The notes under the pieces: model-generated | The model's input: the letters and a program-made list of their open reading frames with translations, nothing else | The model's database searches: none | What the model was told of the DNA's origin: nothing | Shown here: positions 38,301-47,911 of the stretch, in pieces | Numbering within the stretch: position 1 is the first letter of the stretch | Layout of the letters: every line of letters begins with the position of its first letter | DNA from: Ramazzottius varieornatus | Taxonomy: Eukaryota > Animalia > Tardigrada | Direction: 5' to 3' | NCBI GenBank assembly: GCA_001949185.1 | Contig: BDGG01000002.1 | Span: 3,779,826 to 3,843,825 of the forward strand | Length of the DNA: 64,000 nt | Translations under genes and position numbers: made by a program

Positions 38301-39593
38301 CGGTCGGCACATCTCCCTTGCCTGCTTTTACGGAAACAGCTTCCGCGGAAAGCAGTGGGCGCGCTTTAGCATCAAAGAACCGCACCTGGAAATCTCTTGC
38401 GAAGCCCTGCAAAACAGCGGCCAAGGTATCAATAACATCTCAGATAATTTACCCAAGTGGCGCATAATATCGGCCATGAAGAACGCAAACGTCCGCCACT
38501 TGAGATAGCGATCACGCTTAGTTTATCTGCCGACATTATACTATCGACAGTTCTTCGGAAAGGGAACATGTTCTTGATCTTTTTGTTTGTCTTACAGTCG
38601 AGCAAACGGTCAATATCATTCAGTCTATGAAATTTCATCTGGGCAACGATGCCGGCGCAGTCCATTCGGCCAGTGTTGCTCGAGTCACTTGTAACAACCC
38701 GCCACCTCTCCTGAATAACCCTGACTGGTTCGAGTTCATGTTCATGAACAGCGAGCTCGACGGTAATTTGCCGCAGATTTCGGTAACCTGTTTGTGTCAA
38801 GCTTGATGCTAATGTTTTCCTTTTTGAAGAAATTGGTCGTTTCCCGTCCACTCAAGGCCCGAAAGTCAACGTCTTTCAAGATCTTCGGCTGAACATGACG
38901 GTCGAAACCATCTTGGCCCTCCCTCTCGTCACTATCAGTCTTCGCGCCGAGCACGTCCAGACCGAAGCTTTGCCCGAAGAAACTGCCACGCCCATCGTCC
39001 AGCACAACTTCAACTGTGATTTCGGAGCGCCCATCTCCATTGATATGGGAGACTCTCATGCATTCTACTTCCTTCATCAGCTGATCAACTCTTACCTCGC
39101 TAACACAGACGGTAAAGTTCACATTCACACTCGCTTTCAGCCCTTTTTTCGGTGGCAAGCTTGAGCACGATATTTTTTTGTGGTACTATAGCGGAATCAG
39201 TGACCAGCAAACGAGAGGTCCCGAACCCGACGGAAATTCTCAAAGAAGACGCTAGAATATTCCAAGTCAACGAATGGTACCTTCAGCCGAGTTTCAAGTA
39301 AGTTCTACCAAATCAAGCGGGAAACGCAAGTAAATATTGTAGCGGAGAGGAGACTCGGATGTACAGAAAGACTTTCTTTCCAAAGGTTGCTTCAGCGAAT
39401 CGGGCGTGATATCGAGACCGTCGGGGCCGAGCGCGTCATGAAGCGACTGGGCTTCTCTCATGCACAAACAACCATCCCCAAATGGATTCAGCGGGGTCTG
39501 ATGGACCCCGTAGACAAAGGCTTGTCAGCCTTGAACTTGGCCCTACTGATGGCCAGCGATCATGACAAGACCTACCCTGAAGTTCCTTCTTGA
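20349..39593 (+). CDS. BLTP1: Bridge-like lipid transfer protein 1 (BLTP1/KIAA1109/Tweek/LPD-3/Csf1 family), giant multi-exon gene
   Basis: N-terminal TM 'WLLCALTGVFLWMIYGSCFHSRVIGYIV', then 'GSLKLGVVSGRLAFKNVRLVTEDCSVIIYDG', 'GLEVYIYNR', 'ANQHNWIDCS', 'LRGHAMFS...ESLEYGWL', 'DDIKYRMTR', 'YDLRRLGEILAFPKAWYRRSIARRFFLG', and C-terminal 'LGFSHAQTTIPKWIQRGLMDPVDKGL'. These are all motifs I recognise from KIAA1109. Confidence 0.95.
22759..22886. mobile_element. MITE family A copy (BLTP1 intron)
   Basis: ggaagctcggcaaac...tttcccaagtgacgcacgc / gcgtgcgccacttgagaaaacgatctg...ttgccgagttttc. Confidence 0.75.
24970..25090. mobile_element. MITE family A copy (BLTP1 intron)
   Basis: cagatcgttttctcaagtggcgcac ... 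gcaccatgagataaaatctg. Confidence 0.6.
25533..25600. repeat. Tandem ~14-mer (ACTGCTGGAAGTCC) x~5 in a BLTP1 intron
   Basis: Directly visible. Confidence 0.9.
28620..28675. mobile_element. MITE family A half copy (BLTP1 intron)
   Basis: tggaagcgcggg...gaccagatgtttccccaagtggcgcacg; the right arm is not evident. Confidence 0.55.
29911..30123. mobile_element. MITE family A copy with a long spacer (BLTP1 intron)
   Basis: caaactcgacaagatggttttccaagtggcgcc ... gtgcgccacttcgaaaacaatctggtcaggcttgcctgccgagcttcca. Confidence 0.75.
30684..30818. mobile_element. Foldback element family B (BLTP1 intron)
   Basis: Terminal aaccgttaaaaatgggtgt / acgcccatttttaacggtt, with inner tggagc..agccaatga / tcattggct..gctcca. 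Confidence 0.65.
33307..33425. mobile_element. Degenerate MITE family A copy (BLTP1 intron)
   Basis: tggaagttcgacaacaaactagacag...gtggcg ... gtgcaccactggaaaaattcgatcttgttgagtttg. Confidence 0.55.
33866..33970. mobile_element. MITE family A copy (BLTP1 intron)
   Basis: accagattgttatctcaagtggcgcac ... gtgcgccacttgggtaa...tctggt. Confidence 0.7.
35700..35810. mobile_element. MITE family A copy (BLTP1 intron)
   Basis: acaagattgttttcggaggtggcgcat ... gtgcgccacttggaaaagccatcttgt. Confidence 0.7.
36334..36506. mobile_element. Inverted-repeat-bounded element spanning the assembly gap
   Basis: cataggtggctgcgcaatagaatct on the left; agattctattgcaccgccacccatg on the right (near-perfect reverse complement). 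Confidence 0.7.
36432..36481. other. Assembly gap (50 N) inside a BLTP1 intron
   Basis: Run of N characters. Confidence 0.99.
37035..37153. mobile_element. MITE family A copy (BLTP1 intron)
   Basis: tcgttttcccaagtggcgtac ... gtgcgccacttgaggtaacga...gacgttcca. Confidence 0.7.
38440..38535. mobile_element. MITE family A copy (BLTP1 intron)
   Basis: tttacccaagtggcgcat ... gtccgccacttgagatagcgatc...tgccga. Confidence 0.65.
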
Positions 39594-40371
39594 CATTAGC
39601 CTTGAAATATCTGATCTGCATTGTCTGTTCATATCACTCGATACTTCTCCTGCGAACTGTTTTTCGCTTTTCCTAGTTTTAGATCTTTTATCGTGTGATG
39701 AAATTAATACTTTTTCAAACTGAATAAGGTTCAAAGTAATTGGACTAATCTTGGTTATCGTCTGTACAGCAGAGCTTGGTGGACTGGACTGCTTACTGCG
39801 CGTATTACACTTCGGCGTTTGCTGCTTCAGGTACTCAACTTCTGTCCTCGGGACTTCATTTTAACGTCTTGATGCGGAGCCTCTCCTAACGAGATTTTAA
39901 TGTTGTAGACAGTGCACAGGAAGTATACGGCTGCTGTACGCTGTAATGTTTTCTGCTATCCAAATATTGCGCGATTGTAAACGGCGCCACGCGCAGTTGT
40001 TGGTTTGAGCGGCAGAGTACAATGGAAACCTGCTTCCGAGGTATCACTTACATTGTCGTGAATATGTAGCGGTTAAACAGGCATGTTGCCATAACGCAGT
40101 GTTGGCCGATCGGATCTGGAAGAATAGCCCAGGGTCGACTTGAAGACTTTGGAGGTTAGCCGCTTCTTTACGTAATTCCAACGCCGGGGATCGCCGGACC
40201 ATTCCGCAGCGCTGCTTCAGCACCATCTTGACAAGATGACTTCGGCTTGATATCGATACCGTAAAATAGCGTCCGTACTATTCGCACAAAAACTTCCTGC
40301 TTGTACATCCTGTTCTTTCCTTCGCTATCAAGTCGAACCAAATTGCACATAGTTATACCGATTACTTTGCA

Positions 40372-43300
40372 ATGAGTTACTGCGTTTACAAAATAATTTT
40401 TGTTTTACGCTTGGCTTTTCTTTTTGTGATCAATACCAGACAGGTGTGTATCCTCCTCGGATGCTCTGTTGTTCCGACAACTTTTGTAGCATTTTACCTA
40501 ATCAACCTTCAAGTAGCTGTTCAAGTCCTACTCTACTGCGCCACATGATCTAAATATTTCGGCTTTTCAGGTTTTCATGCTGAAAAGTGTGCAACAGCGT
40601 TCATTCTACATTCCACCTCCGTCTCCAATGCGGATTGCCGGCAGATCGGACAGCTCGTTCAACCAGCTCGAACCCTACCCGAGCGAAGTACCCAATCCAT
40701 CAAACTTCTCGTCGACAGTCTTCTACTCCCCACAGCCCTTCAACACCTTTTTCCCCTATGGCTACATCGTCAGCGCATCCGAAGAAGACCCCAACAACAT
40801 GTCCGCTCGCCAACAGTCCTTCACGGCCCCACCCGAGAACGGCAACTTCCCTGTTGCGGTTCGACCACACTCCCCTTCCGGCTACGGTCCAGCCATCAAT
40901 AACAGCGTCGGCAATTCGGGGCTATCAAGACCGCCACCTGTCTGCCCACAGCCGCTTTATACGGCTATTCTGCCGGAGCAGGCACCTGTTGGGACCTTTG
41001 TCCTAAGGCCGGAAGCTACGGGTCAAGGTAAGTTCAAACCCAGCATGATTCTGCCAGCAACTGCCATGCCGTGAGAATTTCATGGTTACTTCATTAGGGC
41101 TACAATGGACAATCGCGGACACGGCTTTTGAGCGTTTCACGATCGATCCAAATACCGGGGATATCTCAGTAATTGGTAGTCTGAGAAGAAAAACGAGAGC
41201 GGCCTTGGAATTCAAAATACGCGCAACGGATCAATTTGGTTTGGTAAGAAAAGGAAGCGACTGACAGCTCTCTCTCTCTCACCTACTGTCTTCTACCAAT
41301 TTTGTCTTAAAAATATCACGGCCATTTGGCTGTGGATATCAGGGTGGCTTGTTTTAGTGGTGCGATGCAATTGTGAGGATCAACGTTGTTCCTGACGCAT
41401 CCTTTGCCGCCTCTCCAACAACTCGCAACTCGCCTCCGTACTTTGTGAACAGCTACTACTATTTCACGCTGAACTGTGGGCAATTTGGTCCTCAACGCGT
41501 TGGCTCGGTGCTTGCCACAGACCTGGATCCCAATCAATCCCTCACCTACCAAATCACTGGATCGAAGTACCTACTTCAAGATGCTCATCTGTCCGCATGA
41601 AGTGTTTTGGCAGTAACTAGAATGAATTATCTTGTAGCGAGTTTACAATCGACGCGAGTGGGAATATTCAGACGACGGAGACCCTACAGCCATTGTCGTC
41701 CCCACAGCGCACCTTCACAGTGATCGCAACAGACAACGGTACTCCCTCGCAAACAGGAAGTACCGTTGTGACCGTGACGCTTACTGGCAATTGCGGTGAG
41801 ACGCCCAATGGCGTGCCGCCGGCAACTCAGCCACCGAGTTCCAACACGCCGCCAGTGTTCGGGCAAGCTTCTTATACTCTGACTGCCTCATGCCGTGTCA
41901 GTGGAGCCTTTGCTGGAATGGTAACCGCTACGGACTATGAAAGGACCCCCATCACCTACTCCATGACTGGAACACAGTACGTCAAACAAACCAACCTTGG
42001 GCTTGCAAAACAGACTTTCATCTTAGGCCGATCCATTTTTGAACACTAGAACTTCTTAGAGAGCGTATGCCATACCATTTACCTAGTACAGTTTCCATTG
42101 TTTCGCTTAGGGAATTTTCCGTCAGTCCGTCCAGCGGAGAAGTCCGCGTGCAAGGAGCATTAGGTGATGCAAATCCCAGAAGCTTTTACGTCATTGCAAC
42201 AGGTGATACCCAAAGATATGCTCTCTTCCGTATAATAACGATGGAAAAAGCTATCACTGCTACTACCTACGTACTTTACCGACCATATCTGCTACAGACA
42301 GCGGATCGCCGGCGCTTTCTGCTCGTGTACCGGTGACCGTCACCATGGTCAACTGCTCACCCCTCAATAATCCGCCCACATTTGGACAGTCGACCTACCT
42401 TTTCACCATACCGTGCAGCAGCCAACCTGGTACCGTCATTAGCGTCATACAGGCATTTGATACGGAAGGAAATCAAGTTTCTTACACAACTGCTGGAACA
42501 CAGTAAGTCAAGCTACCGCCAGCACCCCGGCCATTTCCAGGCTCATCTGTCTCCTTTTCCCTTCCCATCAGGGAGTTCAGAGTGGATGCAAACAGCGGGT
42601 CTTTAAGCCTGCTAGCACCACTGCAAAATTCCGGGCTTCGGCAGTTCACCATTATCGTAACGGACAACGGCCAGCCCAGCATGTCCTCTACTACGGGTAT
42701 CAGTGTCGTCGTGACTGGCAACTGTGGCCAAGAACCCATCACAGCTGGTACATTGCCGCCGCCGCCGCCAATCACACAGCCGCCCGCCGCATTCCCACCG
42801 GTGTACACCCAACCAGCATACACGCAACCGCTTTACCCCCAACCTCCAGCTACGATACCATCCTACACCCAACCGCCATATTACACGCAGCCAGTGATCT
42901 ATGTGCCACCGGTGACTGCTCCATCGCCAACAGTACCACCACCGTACTATACACAGCCGCCTTATACACAAGCCCCGCCGTACCAGCCGCCACCGGCCAC
43001 TGCGCCACCAGCTGTTTACACTTATCCGCCAACTTTGCCCGGTAAAAACAACGGCTCTTGTGAATCTCACTGCCGTAGGGCAGGCTCAGATCACTGTACG
43101 GCACCTTACCCCTCGCTGTCTTGCAGCCACAGTTCCGACGGTACCGCCACCCCGACCACCCGTGTTCTCGCAACAGTCCTATCAGTTTGTTGTGCCCTGT
43201 GCGGTTCTGAATGGGACCTACACACAAATCGGATCCCTTCAAGTAAGACTAAAAAAAATTTACAACGTTCTTAGCCGCCTTGGTAATGATTATGCTTTAT

Positions 43301-46300
43301 TTCTAGGCTGTGGACCCGGGGGGTTCTTCGGTCACATATCTGGTTATCAGTGGCGCTCCGTAAGTTCCGCGACATTGATGATCCGGGACCGGTCATACTC
43401 CACTTGTCAACGGTAATTCTTGTTCTAGAGGATTCGATGTGGGCTTCTCGACGGGAAATATTGTCTCAGTTTCGCCAATCATCGACACGGGACCTCGTCA
43501 GATCGTTGTGGTAGCGAGAAGTAAGCTATCGTGTCCTTTTTTCCGTGTAACAGAAAATCACCGACATTTTTTGTCAACAGCCGGTAGCACTCCTCCAACT
43601 ACAGCTACCACTACCATCCAGATTAATGTCATTGGGCCCTGTTCCATCCCGCCTAGCTTCACATCACCTCCACCATACCAGCCGCCACCACTCTACGTCA
43701 CACCGTCGCCCCCGTACTATCCAACTCCAGCACCGGTACCATACACCCAACCAACATACCCGCCACCGGCCTACACACTTCCGCCACCGACCCAGCCATC
43801 CTATACGCCAGCACCATACATTCCACCCTCCACGCCCTCTCCGTCCACCTACGTCTACACCCAGCCACCCACTCCAGCTCCGCCCGCCTACCAACCTCCG
43901 AGGTTCAACCAAAACAGTTACTCATTCCTAATGACATGTCCCTTGAGCGTCGGCCAGCTCGTTGGAGTTGTGCAGGTGCGTTATCTGGCACATATTTCGA
44001 CCAGAAACCTCGATGATCATTGACTTCGTTTAGGCCACCGGCTCGCTGCCTGTCATGATCTACTTCCTAACGGGTACCCAGGACTTTACCGTATCCAGCG
44101 TGGGCGAGATTCGGACAAGTCGTCCGTTGAGCGGGCCCACAGTGGCCTCCTTCCAAGTCATCGCCACCGATAGTCAGTCGAGAACCACTAGCGCGCAGGT
44201 GCAGATATCCGTCCCCTTGTGCCAGACCGCTCCACCCCAACCGCCGAAGTTTCCTCAGTCTTCCTATGCACTCAACGTCATCTGTCCCACTTCGCCCAAC
44301 GTCCTTATAGGAACTATCACGGTATGGTCTACCTTGCCACCTTAGTTCAGTACATCATTGCAGTGTGACCAAGAATTCTTGCTGTTTTTTTCCAGGCCCA
44401 GTATTCTCAGCCGCAGTCCTTAGTGTACAACGTGCTCAACACCAAGTAAGCCAGGATCGGATTCTGGGTTGCCCGAATGCCGCACCAAAGGTGGCTCATA
44501 TCTGTATTGGTCTTTATTCGCAGTCAGTTTACGATCGATAACTTCGGAGAAGTACGAAGCACGGGTCTGCTCACATCTGGAACTTATTCCTTTACCGTGA
44601 CCGTAACAGGTATCTGTTAACTGCACATTCACATAGGCATCACCGAACGTCAATCTTGGGTGAACTTTACAGACCGGACGAATCCTTCTCTTGCGGCTTC
44701 CGCTCAAAGTACCGTGACTGTTGGTCCTTGTGCGACGCAGCCACCACCTGTTACTTTCGCGCCTCCGACTTATCCAGTGACGTATCGGCCGACATATCCA
44801 CCACCAACTCAGATTTACTACACTTACCCACCTCAAGTCACCTCACCACCTTTCGGCCCAACGCCGGCTCCGTCACCCGTCACCGGTCAGCCATTGCCCA
44901 ACCTGCCACCATATTTCTCGGTGTCTTCCTACAGCTTCACCGTAGTCTGCAACAGTCAACCAGGAACTGCCATCGGCTCCGTCTACGTAAGAAACTAACC
45001 CCAGTAACTTTTGATGACAACAAAATTCTACTTTTTTTTTCTTGTGTTCAAAGGCATTCGACGATGTCTCGGCCGTGACGTACTCGATTAGAAGCCCTTC
45101 GTTCACGATAAACGCAGCGACGGGCGACATCCAGACAGCGACTGTGATCCAGTCCAGCTCTCCGATATATTTCACGGTGGTTGCTTCGGATTCTACTGGG
45201 TTGTAAGTTGCGATACCATTCACTCTGCTTTTTCAGCTTCAAAGAACTGTTTCTGACATTGGGTTATCTTGTATAGGTCTGCCAGTGCGAATGTGGAAGT
45301 CTCGGTCACCGGATGTAACCAACAGCCCGGCCAGCAAATCCGCCAGACCCAGCCAATCATTACCAGTTCGACCTCCAACACCGTCACCAACTGTGATCAG
45401 TCCACCAGCATGGTGCCACCCGGAGCCGCTGTGGGGACCTTGACGGCCAGCAGCTCATTTGGAAGCGCTGGTCGGCTGCAGTATTCGATAACCGATCGAC
45501 GCTTCACTATCAGTCCGTATACCGGTCAGCTTTTTGCGGGAAGTACACTGGGTAAGACCGCGTATCTCTTTGCCCGAATGGCTATGCCGGGGAAATGCTG
45601 TATTTTCAGACAGCGGAAGTTACGTCTTTCTGGTCATAGTGGCCGACCTCGCTGCACCACAGTGTACGAATAACGCACCTACAAGAGGCCGATTTCCAAT
45701 GCGGCTTATTTTTCATAATAATTTGTTTCTTGCTCCGCAGCGGTCACCACTGCAACCTTCACAGTTGTGGGTAAGTGAGTGTTGCGCTCGTTACATTTGT
45801 TCCTTTGCCCGTCGGCTCAATACAGTGAGAGGTTCTTTAGTTGACTGCGCTTCTATCGGGTACCGTCCTTGTAATCCCCCGTATGTGGAAACCTCGGTTA
45901 GCGAAAGGTACGTGTCAGCCAACAAAAGATTGGTTTCATAGACCGGTTTCCATAAACCAGCGGCATATTATGCGAGGTGCATTGTACGCTAGCTTTCATG
46001 CTTCATCGCACAATCTGGAAGGAGAATTCTTAGTGCGCACAACGTTCTGCTAGTATTTCATGTTTTACAGTGCTCCGGTTGGTACTTTAGTCATGTCGCT
46101 TCAAGTAAGTGCACCAACTTCAACGGTAATGTTACTACCCTAACATAAAGTATTACAGAATGCCGGCTTGGGATTGTCGTCCTCCCGCCCATACTCCGTC
46201 CCTTACAATAATCTGCCACCTGGTGGTACGCTGAACTCCATCGAGTTCCCGTCATACTCCTCTCCCCAGAACCTACAGTCGTATGGTGGTCCCTACACCA

Positions 46301-47185
46301 GCTATCGTCGGTCACTTCGACACACGGGAAAAGAGGAGATTGAAAGTCGTCGCACCAAAAAATACCGACAGCTGTCGTATGCTTCTTTGAACCAAATGTC
46401 GGCTAGCGCAGTTGGTACCAACTTTCTCATACAGAAGACCAGTGGACCTGGCGTCTTCCGCGTCGACCCAAACAGGTACGACATATTCCCAAAGTTGCTA
46501 GATCACTTTCGGTCACTCACTTCCGGTTAATTGTTCCATCAGTGGGCAGATTACGGTAATGCAGCCACTGGACCGTGAGCGCAAGGACAGTTACATGCTG
46601 AAAGTTCGCAGTTCAATCGGAAACCAGTATTGTGTGACGAAAGTTGGCATCGAGATAACGGATATTAACGACAACACGCCCATCTTCTCCAACCAAAGCT
46701 ACGTTTTCACAGCCCCCTGTAATTCCGCCTCAGCGTTTGTGGGCGCTGTAACGGTAAAGTTTTCCCTCACACCAAATGTATTCTTGGTTTTTCGGATAAT
46801 GTCCCCACTCGCAGGCAAGGGACTTTGACTCTGGACTACGGGGCTTCATCCATTACAGCATACCAACGCCCAACAACATGTAAGAGAAGGCTTGGTCTCG
46901 GTGTACTGTACATATCTGATATCGGACACGGTTGGATTGCGAATTTTTTGGTAGGTACTTTGGGATAGACTGCTTTACTGGAGAGATACGTCTAAGGAGG
47001 CAGATCGCAGCAAACGTTCTACCCGTTACGCTTACGGTAGGCAATAGAATCAAACTTGCTGTTTTTCCTATTGATGTGTTGAAGCGGGCTTTCTGTTGCA
47101 GATACAGGCGGAGAACCCCACAAGTCCGCCTTTATCGACCATTACTGCAGTGACAGTGAATCCCGGGCTGAATTGTTACGCATGA
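40372..47185 (+). CDS. Secreted protein with ~11 atypical cadherin-like repeats and Pro/Tyr/Thr-rich extensin-like linkers; no TM segment
   Basis: A signal-like first exon 'MSYCVYKIIFVLRLAFLFVINTRQ' (40372-40443) splices in phase to 'VFMLKSV'. Cadherin motifs include 'ATDLD', 'FTIDPNTGDI', 'VIATDNGTP', 'LDRERKDSY...DINDNTPIF'. The protein ends 'VTVNPGLNCYA*' at 47183-47185. Confidence 0.85.
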
Positions 47186-47911
47186 AGCTGAAGCCGGTAG
47201 CAGAATCGATTGTTGCATACCTACTCGGTGTCCGGTAGTATCAGTATTTCGGCTGGTGTGCAGCAGCCGCTGTTTATTTGTTACTTCTGGAAAAATTTTC
47301 TACCCAGCAGAGCAAAGGTGACGACGAGAGTACTGTAAGGCTCTGAAAGCATTGACGTTAGCTCACCGTATGTCCGGTGTAAGCACAGCGAGAAACCTCA
47401 GTTTGGTAAAAAGGGGGTTCAAAAAACTTTCAAAGCCGCGTTCACCGGAAATTTTGTGGTCGTTCGATCTCTGCAAATTTCAGGATAAAGTTAGAGCAAC
47501 TTATGGGCAACACAGAAAACTAGGAGGCCATGCTGGAAGTCCTTTGTTGAAAAACTTTTGTAAAACATATAAAGGGAGGTTTTTGCTGTAATCCACGTTC
47601 TTGAGGGAATTACGTTTTTTCTGCCCGGCTTCGCTTTGAGTTCGAATTCAGCCGTAGGTGAAAGCACGTCTGGTCACTAGTTTGATTCCATGGTCGAAAT
47701 CATCTAAGCAGAAGCCCCTGAATGACGCAGCGCACGCGCATAATCCGCACGCTATTGCGAGCATCGAGTTTAAATTTTGAAAACTTTTGAGACAGTATCT
47801 GAGCCCTTGAGCCGTGCCTGGTCATCCCGGGGGTAAGCCTGTTATTCTGACGAACAAAGGGGTTTTTTCCCCTCGGAACTCAATATTTCTGTTTATTCGC
47901 TTTATTGATCG

